Shown here piece after piece: positions 1-8,407 of a stretch of DNA of 64,000 bases. The translations under genes and the position numbers were made by a program. Position 1 is the first letter of the stretch, and the number at the start of each line of letters is the position of its first letter. Origin of the DNA: Minisyncoccota bacterium (lineage in GTDB: Bacteria; Patescibacteriota; Minisyncoccia; Phycocordibacterales; DATDWN01); assembly GCA_036517395.1 (NCBI GenBank), contig DATDWN010000013.1:2191-66190 (forward strand). The letters are read 5' to 3'. Under the pieces are notes generated by a model. That model was not told the DNA's origin and did no database searches. It saw only the letters and a program-made list of their open reading frames with translations.

Positions 1-1
1 T

Positions 2-736
2 GATGCCACAAAAGCAAGTCTGGATTCACTCAATCTAGGTTCGTACGTACTTACTCCATCAGGAAATTTAAATTATATTTTGAAAACTCGAGACATAACT
101 CCGGCCGAGAAAACCACTATTTTGGGGGCTCTTTCAATGGATCCGGCAAATCTCGCCAAGGAAGAACAGTTCAACACTCTCGGACCTGTTGTCGGAACAC
201 AGCTCAAAAATAAAGCTCTTCTGGCCATCGCTATAGTTATCATCTGCATCGTGCTTTTTATAACCTTTGCTTTTCGCAAAGTATCTACACCTGTGGCTTC
301 TTGGAAATATGGTCTGGCCACAATCATCGCTTTGGCTCATGACGTCATAATTCCAACCGGAGTTTTCGTCACTTGGAGTCATTTTTATGGAGGTCAGATT
401 GATCTGCTTTTCGTCACCGCCCTTCTTGCCATACTCGGTTACTCTGTTCACGATACTATCGTCGTTTTCGATAGAGTGCGCGAGAACTTACGAGTCGATT
501 CGAAAGGCAAAGAAACATTTTCTGAAACAGTAGGCAAGTCAGTTACCCAGACCTTCGGCCGTTCAATAAACACATCCTTGACCATCTTCCTCGCCCTTGC
601 CGCTTTGTATTTCATCGGCGGAGAATCCACCCGCGACTTTGCCTTCGTTCTCCTCGTTGGTGTTATTGTTGGAACATACTCATCAATCTTCGTCGCCTCA
701 CCGCTTCTTGTTACTCTTGAAAAATTACAGAAGTAA
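2..736 (+). CDS. secF: Protein-export membrane protein SecF, C-terminal part; the gene starts upstream of the window
   Basis: The open frame has no stop from nt 2. The translation (…TILGALSMDPANLAKEEQF…DTIVVFDRVRENL…) is typical of the SecD/SecF C-terminal domain with TM helices. Confidence 0.75.
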   Translation, partial: DATKASLDSLNLGSYVLTPSGNLNYILKTRDITPAEKTTILGALSMDPANLAKEEQFNTLGPVVGTQLKNKALLAIAIVIICIVLFITFAFRKVSTPVASWKYGLATIIALAHDVIIPTGVFVTWSHFYGGQIDLLFVTALLAILGYSVHDTIVVFDRVRENLRVDSKGKETFSETVGKSVTQTFGRSINTSLTIFLALAALYFIGGESTRDFAFVLLVGVIVGTYSSIFVASPLLVTLEKLQK

Positions 737-782
737 ACTTCCAAATTTGGCCATTTCTCATGTTGGATTTTATCTAAATTGT

Positions 783-811
783 GAAAGTTTTTGAATTCAC
801 TTGACACTATA
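783..811 (+). promoter_or_regulatory. Sigma70-like promoter (TTGACA-17/18-TATAGT)
   Basis: ttgacactatatagggtattgtgctatagt is read directly; it sits downstream of the secF stop codon. Confidence 0.3.
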
Positions 812-943
812 TAGGGTATTGTGCTATAGTTAGAAACGGGACAGCATCCTCTGAGGGAACGGCGACGAACAGTAACAAACCCCGCCCGGGTGGGCCAAGA
901 GGCTCACCACCGCGGCGGGTTTTCTTGTTGTAAAAATTTCTAC

Positions 944-974
944 TATCACTTGGCGGCTTAGCCGCCAAGTGATA
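944..974. repeat. REP-like perfect palindrome (14-bp stem, loop TTA) upstream of the RAYT gene
   Basis: tatcacttggcggcTTAgccgccaagtgata; the same arm recurs at 1415-1438 and a variant at 1640-1676. Confidence 0.7.
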
Positions 975-984
975 TGATTTAGGT

Positions 985-1617
985 ATGAGAAAGATAGAAT
1001 TTGGGATTGATGAAGTTTATCATGTCTTTAACCGAGGAGTCGATAAGAGAAAAATTTTTTCAAACAAAAAAGATCTCGATAGGTTTTTTGAAAGCATGAT
1101 CGCTTTTAATTCAATCAAACCTATTGGTAGTTTATTTGAACAAGGTTTTCAAAAGGAAGAAATCAAAAAACCACTTGTTGATATTATTTCTTATAACCTC
1201 TTACCTAACCATTTTCATCTTATTTTAAGAGAAATCAGGGAGGGAGGAATAAGTGAATTTCTTAAAAGACTTACCGGTGGCTATACTTGGTATTTTAACA
1301 ATAAAAATAAAAGATCCGGTTCGTTGTTTCAGGGACCTTTTAAAGCTAAACATATAGATTCAAATGAGTATCTACTGCATGTTAGTGTTTATGTAAATTT
1401 AAATGACAAAATACCACTTGGCGGCTTAGCCGCCAAGTCGGGAGATTTAACAAAATCTAGTTGGAAAGAATATTTAGGCGATAATAAGGAAAGTGTTTGT
1501 AAGAAAGATATTATTTTAGAGCAGTTTAAAAACATAGCAGATTATAAAGAATTTGCCCTATCATCTTTAGATGATATAAAGTTAAACAAAGAAGAGTATA
1601 AAGATTTGGAGGAATGA
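985..1617 (+). CDS. Y1 HUH tyrosine transposase, REP-associated (RAYT / IS200-like TnpA family)
   Basis: HUH motif HFHLIL and catalytic-Tyr region LLHVSVYVNLN resemble the RAYT motif HVDYIYINP. The N-terminal YHVFNRG…RKIF also fits. The gene is flanked by REP palindromes. Confidence 0.65.
   Translation: MRKIEFGIDEVYHVFNRGVDKRKIFSNKKDLDRFFESMIAFNSIKPIGSLFEQGFQKEEIKKPLVDIISYNLLPNHFHLILREIREGGISEFLKRLTGGYTWYFNNKNKRSGSLFQGPFKAKHIDSNEYLLHVSVYVNLNDKIPLGGLAAKSGDLTKSSWKEYLGDNKESVCKKDIILEQFKNIADYKEFALSSLDDIKLNKEEYKDLEE
1415..1438. repeat. REP palindrome copy inside the RAYT coding sequence, in frame (encodes PLGGLAAKS)
   Basis: cacttggcggcttagccgccaagt is identical to the arm of the 944-974 palindrome. 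Confidence 0.6.
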
Positions 1618-1639
1618 GCAGTTCACCAGACCACTCACA

Positions 1640-1676
1640 GTGACTCACTTAGCGGTGGCACCGCCAAGTGAGTCAC
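1640..1676. repeat. REP-like palindrome downstream of the RAYT gene (variant sequence)
   Basis: gtgactcacttagcggtg/gcaccgccaagtgagtcac; the arms are complementary with one mismatch. Confidence 0.6.
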
Positions 1677-1683
1677 ATAGTAG

Positions 1684-1751
1684 GAACCTACTCATTAATC
1701 TTCGTCGCTTCACCGCTTTTAGTAACACTTGAAAAATTGCAGAAGAAAGGC
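1684..1751 (+). repeat. Diverged direct duplicate of the last ~66 nt of secF (compare 670-739)
   Basis: ggaacctactcattaatcttcgtcgcttcaccgcttttagtaacacttgaaaaattgcagaag matches ggaacatactcatcaatcttcgtcgcctcaccgcttcttgttactcttgaaaaattacagaag. The differences are mostly synonymous. Confidence 0.7.
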
Positions 1752-1790
1752 TAAACTCTCATTTAGAGTATTGTTCAGAAGAGGTGACTC

Positions 1791-1982
1791 ATGGTGATTC
1801 GATCGGACTCCGCCATTGACGAGATCGAAAAGGTCTTTAGATGGCGAATAGACGCACAAGAGCGCTGGTCAAGAGACGGTTGGGGTCCTCGAGGACAGCA
1901 CGAAATACAGAGGGAGCTGGACGCGGAAGGGTTCGAGAGGATTCGGAAGCTCCTTCGCCAGCACGGATCCCTACGGGTCTGA
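1791..1982 (+). CDS. Hypothetical 63-aa protein inside a GC-rich island (~1790-2035)
   Basis: The ORF lies in a local ~60% GC segment. A hairpin plus T-run (cgacgcaagg…ccctgcgtcggtgggtttttt) follows it. Coding status is uncertain. Confidence 0.25.
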   Translation: MVIRSDSAIDEIEKVFRWRIDAQERWSRDGWGPRGQHEIQRELDAEGFERIRKLLRQHGSLRV

Positions 1983-2047
1983 TGACCCCTCGACGCAAGG
2001 CCAAGGAACCCTGCGTCGGTGGGTTTTTTGGTATAAAATTGTTGCTT

Positions 2048-2076
2048 GACTTGCATTTGAAAATGACTATACTGTA
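2048..2076 (+). promoter_or_regulatory. Sigma70-like promoter (TTGACT-17-TATACT) upstream of the rRNA leader
   Basis: ttgacttgcatttgaaaatgactatact. Confidence 0.4.
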
Positions 2077-2116
2077 CAGGTGCTCTGAAAGGAGCATTTT
2101 ATGTTCGTTGACATTC

Positions 2117-2251
2117 ATCCGCACACCAAGTTTGCCATTGCTTTTTATGTCCTGCCAACATGTTTACCTAGATGTGAATTATGGTAGTGATATTAAACAA
2201 TGGTGCTATTTTTTTGAAAAAGCAAGACGATGGCAAACTTGGTGTGCGGAT
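2117..2251 (+). repeat. Inverted-repeat element family 1, copy 1 (22-bp perfect arms, 91-nt spacer) in the rRNA leader; no coding sequence downstream
   Basis: atccgcacaccaagtttgccat … atggcaaacttggtgtgcggat. Confidence 0.8.
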
Positions 2252-2471
2252 AAAAATGAATTAAAGTCCAAGCGTCACAATAAGCGCTTGGCAGAACGTA
2301 TTTATTCCGCCTCAACGGCGGACCCGCCGAGGAGGCGGGGTGCAAGAAACCAAAAGTTTCTTAAATATGATTCCGGAAAAAATCAATAAAAACATATAAA
2401 AGAATTCATCTGTCACGCAAGCCAGCATAAAAATAAATTTGTAAATAACCACATTTTTTACTCCGACAAGT

Positions 2472-2514
2472 GAGGAGCGCATGGGAGAGTAATCTCTCAC
2501 ACAGCGTCCGAGCG
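2472..2514 (+). ncRNA. Conserved structured motif family 2, copy A (GAGGAGCGC–hairpin with TAAT loop–CAGCGTCCGAGCG)
   Basis: A second copy at 8890-8932 keeps the flanks, while the hairpin stem sequence differs in a compensatory way. Confidence 0.4.
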
Positions 2515-2756
2515 CCGTCGAAGCAAAGAATGCGAATAGCATTCTTTATTTTGTTCCGTTCATTATAAGATTTGATCAATTTTTTATAAAGGGTCAGCAA
2601 AGCGAGTCTGAAAAATTTATTTTTCAGACGAGCGCGCGCCCCCTTTATATCAAAGATACCAATCTTTGATAAGAGTTTGATCCTAGCTCAGGATGAACGC
2701 TGGCGGTGTGGATAAGGCATGCAAGTCAAGGGGGCGCATCACATTGAGTACAATGT

Positions 2757-2880
2757 GAATTTAAAATTTTTACTTTAAAATTTAAAAATAATGACTAAAT
2801 GTTTTAATTTTAAAAATTAATTCATTAAAAATTAAGTTTAAATTCTAAATTCTAAATTAAAAATTCGCATCGCGCGCAGC
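2757..2880 (+). other. AT-rich expansion segment / intervening sequence at the tip of 16S helix 6 (V1)
   Basis: It is bracketed by the complementary ggcgcatcac … gtgatgcgtcacc. The content is low-complexity (aaatt/taaaa). Confidence 0.5.
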
Positions 2881-3274
2881 GTGATGCGTCACCGGCGAAC
2901 GAGGTAGTAACACGTGGGTACATACCCTGAAGTCAGGAATAACCAGTCGAAAGATTGGATAATACTTGATGTGATCTTCGGATCAAAGTCGCAAGACGCT
3001 TTAGGAATGGCCTGCGAAGTATCAGCTAGTTGGTAGTGTAATGGACTACCAAGGCTATGACGCTTAGGGGGAGTGAGAGCTTGGCCCCCACCGATGAGAC
3101 TGAGACACGGCTCATACACCTACGGGTGGCCGCAGCCGAGAATATTCGACAATGGACGAAAGTCTGATCGAGCGACACCGCGTGATGGATGAAGACCCTA
3201 GGGTCGTAAACATCTTTTATGAGGGAGAAAGTTTATTGATAGTACCTCACGAATAAGGGGTTTCAAAACTCGTG

Positions 3275-4220
3275 AAATGTGGGTTAAGCACCCACTTCCA
3301 TTTGAAACTTAAAAATTCGTAATTACCGTGCGCGACTTAGGGCCGTGAGGTTCTAAGCAAATTCGGCTTATATGCTGGAAATCTGTAAAGACTGCGCCAA
3401 ACACTTTTAAAAAAAGTGCGAGGTCCTTGACAGACAATCAGCAGGGAAGTCGGTATAATTAAGTAGTGAGTTTAACAAACAGACAAAAGGAAATAATAGT
3501 AGGCACTTTGTTGGGTGACGGATACTTGGAACATGATGGTTTCAAGGCGAGTAGATTGCAGATAAAGCAATGTGATCGCAAAAAAGATTATGTTTTTTGG
3601 CTCTATAACGAGCTGAAAAATTTAGTCAGAACTCCACTCAAACAAAGGAAAGATAACCAGCAATGGTATTTCAGCACCAGATCTCTAGTAGAGTTGGATT
3701 TTTTTAGAAGTCTTTTCTACGGATTTGGGAAAAAAGCTGTACCATCTATTATAAAAGAATTACCATTTTCTTCTCTTAGTCTTGCAGTCTGGTTTATGGA
3801 TGATGGGTCGTTGGATTATAGAGTAAAATACCATTACTCCTTTTCCTTCAGCACTGATTCATTCAATGAGCCAGATGTAAAACTTTTGACAGAATTATTA
3901 TTTGAAAAGTTTGATATAAAATCAAACATTCAGATGGTGGTTTCTCGAGGAAAGAAATATGTAAGACTGTATGTCGGTAAAGACGGAAGAGATAATTTTC
4001 TCTCTGTCGTAAGGCCTCATATTTTGTCCTGTTTTGATTACAAACTACCTCCGATTATAATTGACCCCTCAGAGACTGATCTTGAGAAAGTGAAGACTTT
4101 CAACACAGTGAGATAGAGAGATTTTTTTAAATCTTCTATAAGACGCCGAACCCCTTCCAAATGTAAATTTGTCAGGGTGATGATATAGTCCAATCCTCTT
4201 AGTGATAGGAGAAAAGAAGG
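3275..4220 (+). mobile_element. Group I intron in 16S rRNA (insertion near E. coli position ~515, just 5' of CCAGCAGCCGCGGTAATAC) carrying a homing-endonuclease ORF
   Basis: It interrupts a universally conserved 16S region. A P7/S-element-like gatgatatagtcc lies near the 3' end. The boundaries are approximate (±15 nt). Confidence 0.65.
3466..4116 (+). CDS. LAGLIDADG homing endonuclease (two-motif, single-chain) encoded within the group I intron
   Basis: The two LAGLIDADG motifs are GTLLGDGYLE and LAVWFMDDGS. Confidence 0.8.
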   Translation: MSLTNRQKEIIVGTLLGDGYLEHDGFKASRLQIKQCDRKKDYVFWLYNELKNLVRTPLKQRKDNQQWYFSTRSLVELDFFRSLFYGFGKKAVPSIIKELPFSSLSLAVWFMDDGSLDYRVKYHYSFSFSTDSFNEPDVKLLTELLFEKFDIKSNIQMVVSRGKKYVRLYVGKDGRDNFLSVVRPHILSCFDYKLPPIIIDPSETDLEKVKTFNTVR

Positions 4221-4857
4221 CCAGCAGAAGCGGTAATACGAGTACCCCGAGCGTTATCCGGAATTATTGGGCGTAAAGGGTGTGTAGGTGGTAGTGTTAG
4301 TCATTTGTTAAAACCCGAGGCTTAACCTCGGATCCGCGAATGATACGGCACAACTAGAGGATGGCAGGGATGTATGGAACTCATGGAGTAGGGGTGAAAT
4401 CCGTTGATATCATGGGGAACACCGAAAGCGAAGGCATTACATTGGGCCACTCCTGACACTGAAACACGAAAGCGTGGGTAGCGAATGGGATTAGATACCC
4501 CAGTAGTCCACGCCCTAAACGATGACAACTAGCTTTTCGGAGTATCGACCCTCTGAGAGGCGTAGCTAACGCGTTAAGTTGTCCGCCTGGGTAGTACGAC
4601 CGCAAGGTTAAAACTCAAAGGAATAGACGGGGACTTGCACAAGCAGAGGATTATGTGGTTTAATTCGATGGCAAACGAAGAACCTTACCAAGATTTGAAA
4701 CCCAACTGAAGACAGAGAGAAATTTTTGTTGTCCCACAAGGACAGTTGGGCAGGTGATTCATGGCCGTCGTCAGTTCGTGATTTGAATTGTTCCCTTAAG
4801 TGGGGTAACGAACGCAACCCTCGTTGTCTGTTACACGTATCAGGCGAGACTGCCCAG

Positions 4858-4990
4858 CTTTTTGTCCGGTAGGACATAAAGCTGAATAAAGAATAACGAA
4901 TATTGAATAAAGAATGAATGCAGAATACAAACTGTATTAAATCATTATTCATAATTCACGATTCATTATTCTCTTTTTGTTCGCTAGCGA
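4858..4990 (+). other. AT-rich expansion segment in the 16S hairpin equivalent to E. coli ~1160-1175 (cccagcTTTTTGT…ACAAAAAgctggg)
   Basis: Conserved 16S sequence flanks it on both sides (gactgcccagc … gctgggaggaaggcg). It contains three copies of GAATAAAGAA. Confidence 0.45.
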
Positions 4991-5792
4991 ACAAAAAGCT
5001 GGGAGGAAGGCGAGGATGACGCCAGGTCAGCATGTCCCTTTGATATCTTGGGCTACACACATAATACAATGGCGACTACAACGCGTTGCGACGCCGTAAG
5101 GCTGAGCCAATCGTAATAAAAGTCGCCCCAGTTCAGATTGGGGGCTGAAACTCGACCCCATGAAGTTGGATTTGCTAGTAATCGCGGGTCAGCTATACCG
5201 CGGTGAATACGTTCTCAAGTCTTGTACTCACCGCCCGTCAACTCAGGGGAGTTGGGAGTACCCGAAGTCCTGCATATGCAGGCCCACGGTAAACTCAATG
5301 ACAAAGAGTAAGTCGTAACAAGGCACGGCTAGGGGAACCTGGTCGTGGAATAATTCAATTTGAAATACTTTTCGCTTTGCGAAAGGAAAGTCATATCAAT
5401 CGCAAGAAAGATATGAATGTGTGTCGATTCCAGCCCCAGTTCTGAAACTAAATCTATAATGTCACGGAGTTTATAGTAGGTATAAACTTTGATAACAAAA
5501 ATAATATTGGTATCAGAACTGGAGCTGGAGGACAATGATTGTCTCGTCCTAAAACAATCTGACACTTGGAAAGACAGGAATGAACGGAACAAAATAAAGA
5601 ATGATATACCATCGTGTGGGACACGATGAAGTTGAAAGTTAAAAGTCCATAAAGTTTGTAAAGTAAATGTAACCACAAAAATACCGCTATAATAGGCGGT
5701 ATTTTTGATGCCGAAGTCCTGTACTGAGCTTTGCTCTGGTGCGGGATTGACTTTATACTGGGAAGTGTTATATAATAATAGACGGAGGAAAC

Positions 5793-6062
5793 ATGAATCG
5801 ATTTCGACAAGAAACTGGCCAGTCGGTTCCAAGACTGGTCGTCGTTATCGTTGGACTCGTTCTGGTCTATCTGGCGCTCAGCGCGTCAGAAGGGCCAGGA
5901 CAGGATCCTGTGCCGACTGCTTTGCAGTTGGCGGTGGTTTTCCTGGGCGCCGATGTGGCGCTCATGGCGTGGTTTCGCCTCGATCAGCGCGTTGCGCGCT
6001 GGTGGCGGGGGATGACTCGACCGGACAACCCATATCGGTCGAAGATCATCACACCCAGATGA
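5793..6062 (+). CDS. Hypothetical small membrane protein (two predicted TM helices) in a GC-rich island within the 16S–tRNA-Ile spacer
   Basis: A strong SD (ggaggaaacATG) precedes the ATG. The GC content is >60% against ~38% background. There are no recognisable motifs. Confidence 0.35.
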   Translation: MNRFRQETGQSVPRLVVVIVGLVLVYLALSASEGPGQDPVPTALQLAVVFLGADVALMAWFRLDQRVARWWRGMTRPDNPYRSKIITPR

Positions 6063-6232
6063 CAGCGAGAACCGACGGTTTCAGGAGGGCGACACGCAGA
6101 CAGCCAATGCGTGCCGCCCTTTTTCATTTGTGAAAAATGATTTTTTCTGCTATATTTTTTTAGTTAAATGCGCATGTAGTGAGGTTGGGGTGGGACCCAG
6201 CCGCAAGATCGGAGCGTGACGGCGCGAGGTGG

Positions 6233-6270
6233 GGTCACAGGTATTTTTCACCAGAAAAATACCTGTGACC
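6233..6270. repeat. Perfect 16-bp hairpin (ggtcacaggtattttt/aaaaatacctgtgacc); contains a GGGTCACA motif
   Basis: Read directly. It is followed by a tRNA-like D-arm fragment (agttggtagagca) that does not fold into a full tRNA. Confidence 0.5.
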
Positions 6271-6355
6271 AGTTGGTAGAGCAGTCGACCGACTCCTTAC
6301 AGGAGCTGTACACCTTTTGGATCTTTTTCAGAAGAATAAAATTAATTTGCTTTGT

Positions 6356-6428
6356 GCGCGTGTAGCTCAGTTGGTAGAGCACTCGACTGATACTCGTGGG
6401 GTCCATGGTTCGAATCCATGCACGCGCA
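6356..6428 (+). tRNA. tRNA-Ile (anticodon GAT)
   Basis: Manual cloverleaf: acceptor gcgcgtg/cacgcgc, D-arm gctc-agttggta-gagc, anticodon loop cTGATAc, T-arm catgg-ttcgaat-ccatg. It occupies the canonical position after the 16S. Confidence 0.8.
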
Positions 6429-6497
6429 CAAAGCACGGTAGTCTATTCTTTTGAAAAAGATCTCGAAAGGTCTTGCGAAAGTGTCTCACACTTTCTC

Positions 6498-6534
6498 ACT
6501 CGTGGGGTCCATGGTTCGAATCCATGCACGCGCA
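6498..6534 (+). repeat. Exact 37-nt direct duplicate of the tRNA-Ile 3' end (anticodon-stem 3' side through acceptor)
   Basis: actcgtggggtccatggttcgaatccatgcacgcgca is identical to 6392-6428. Confidence 0.8.
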
Positions 6535-6941
6535 CTTTGAGCAGAATTTGATATAATATAAAATAAAACATCATGATAAATCGCAAATCCACATTTTTCC
6601 TTGGTATTTTTATTTTTCTCATACCTTTTTTGGGCTTACCTAGTTCTTGGAAAACAGCCTTGGTTGTTATTTGTGGTTTGATTCTAGTTTTCCTCTCGGT
6701 AAAAGTTATCCTACCAAGGAAAACTATCGCCAATAGAAGTAGGATGAAAAAAGAAAGATCAATACCCGTCTTTGTTGAAAGCTTGCCAACATATTCGATT
6801 GATAACTCGGAAACAAAAGAAACCCAGCCGGAGATAGAAATAAAATAGCATGTCCGGTAGTAGAAGTTGACATTGCGCCAAAGGCGCATAAAACAGCAAA
6901 AATAATAGATATGATAAAGCTGAAATTAACAACTTATAAAT

Positions 6942-8258
6942 TTGAAATGGCGTCTTGCTTCTAAAGCAATGCTGTTTTCTACTACTGGGATGGTTAAACG
7001 CATTCTTAATAAACATGGCGACATAGTATTTCTATGTCTGGTTATTGTGTGTGTGGTACTGATTCTATTTTTGTTGCCAAGGATTCTCAGTAGTCACTAT
7101 TTTTCTACAGCGGATGAAAAGGCTGTCTCTACCACAACTGCTAAAAAAATTATTTTTATACCTTCCTATGTTTCTACGCCAGAGCCAGTCAAGGGTATAT
7201 ATATGACAAGTTGGGTGGCTGGCACTCCGAGTTTACGGGCAGGACTAGTAAAGCTTATAGACGAGACAGAATTAAACACCCTTGTTATAGATATAAAGGA
7301 TTATAGTGGCAAGATTGTTTTTCCAATCGAGGATAATCCGAAGTTGAAAGATCATGGTTCAGAGGAGGTTAGAGTAAAAGACTTACAGGATTTCATAGAG
7401 ACGCTTCACAAAAAGCAGGTTTATGTTATAGGTCGTATTGCTGTTTTCCAAGACGAATATTTTGTAAAGCATCGACCAGACTTGGCTGTAAAAAATAAAT
7501 CAGGGACGGCAGTCTGGAAAGACAGAAAAGGCATTTCTTGGATTGACCCAGCATCTCGTGAATATTGGGAGTATATCATCCTACTTACAAAAGAGTCTCG
7601 CAAAATCGGTTTTGATGAGATCAACTTTGACTATATTCGTTTTCCATCTGATGGAAATATGCAGGATATATCGTTTCCTCATAGCTCGACAACATCAAAG
7701 GCTATAGTTTTGAAAGAATTTTTTCAGTATTTACAGCACCAACTGATTCTCCCTATGTCCGACATAGGGGACATAGGGGACATAGGGGAGTCGAGATTAA
7801 AAATATCAGCGGATTTGTTTGGCATGACAACAACCGCTGTAGACGATATGGGCATAGGTCAGCTTTTAGAAAACACCTTGCCTTATTTTGACTATGTCAT
7901 GCCCATGGTTTATCCATCTCACTATCCGCCGACCTTTGACGGTTTCAAGGATCCTGAAGCGCATCCCTATGAGATAGTATACTTTGCCATGAAATCGGCT
8001 GTGACTAGGGCGGAAGCTCTGGCCAGTACGACCCCAGTAGTAGACGGAGATACCGTCACTACGGGGCAGGCTGGACAAAGCGTGGTTGATTATAAAAACA
8101 AGCTACGCCCATGGCTTCAGGATTTTGGTTTGAAAATGGATTATGGTCCTGCGGAAGTAAAAGCCCAGATAAAAGCAACGAACGATGTGGGTTTGTCGTC
8201 GTGGGTACTTTGGTCGGCTTCAAACAAATATACTCAATCTGCTTTGAAAGCAGATTAA
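6942..8258 (+). CDS. Putative TIM-barrel glycoside-hydrolase-like protein (DUF4015-like) with an N-terminal TM anchor
   Basis: Motifs …KGIYMTSW… and GFDEINFDYIRFP. It contains a 9-nt ×3 in-frame tandem repeat (DIG×3) at 7757-7785. Confidence 0.35.
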   Translation: MKWRLASKAMLFSTTGMVKRILNKHGDIVFLCLVIVCVVLILFLLPRILSSHYFSTADEKAVSTTTAKKIIFIPSYVSTPEPVKGIYMTSWVAGTPSLRAGLVKLIDETELNTLVIDIKDYSGKIVFPIEDNPKLKDHGSEEVRVKDLQDFIETLHKKQVYVIGRIAVFQDEYFVKHRPDLAVKNKSGTAVWKDRKGISWIDPASREYWEYIILLTKESRKIGFDEINFDYIRFPSDGNMQDISFPHSSTTSKAIVLKEFFQYLQHQLILPMSDIGDIGDIGESRLKISADLFGMTTTAVDDMGIGQLLENTLPYFDYVMPMVYPSHYPPTFDGFKDPEAHPYEIVYFAMKSAVTRAEALASTTPVVDGDTVTTGQAGQSVVDYKNKLRPWLQDFGLKMDYGPAEVKAQIKATNDVGLSSWVLWSASNKYTQSALKAD

Positions 8259-8407
8259 TTTAGACTTTAGACTTTAAAATTTTTAAATTAAGTTTAAATT
8301 ATAAATTTTAAATTAAAAATTGAGAGTGTTGACAGAGCCACTTATCATTTAATTCATCTTGTTGTATAATACAAAGCGATTATTAATTAAAAGTTTATTC
8401 CATAATC

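Larger units (their letters stand above)
2665..5349 (+). rRNA. 16S rRNA: 16S rRNA gene, ~2.68 kb locus. It is interrupted by a ~0.95-kb group I intron and carries two ~120-130-nt AT-rich expansion segments. The mature length is ~1.48 kb.
   Basis: 5' agagtttgatcctagctcaggatgaacgctggcgg. Universal blocks such as ccagcagaagcggtaatac, attagataccc, ggttaaaactcaaaggaat, gtactcaccgcccgtca and gtcgtaacaagg are all present. Confidence 0.9.

Noticed and set aside
1841-2389. 182-aa ORF spanning the GC-rich island, the rRNA promoter and family-1 copy 1
   Set aside because: It crosses a promoter and a terminator-like hairpin and reads through the repeat in a different frame from the glycosyltransferase-associated copies. 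It is most likely a chance ORF.
5705-6133. 142-aa ORF overlapping the 89-aa GC-rich ORF in another frame
   Set aside because: It is an arginine-rich translation typical of an out-of-frame read of GC-rich DNA. The 5793-6062 frame has the SD and TM helices.
6233-6300. tRNA-like sequence (agttggtagagca…) after the 16-bp hairpin, checked as a possible tRNA-Ala
   Set aside because: No acceptor stem, D-stem 5' strand or anticodon stem-loop can be formed, so it does not fold into a cloverleaf.
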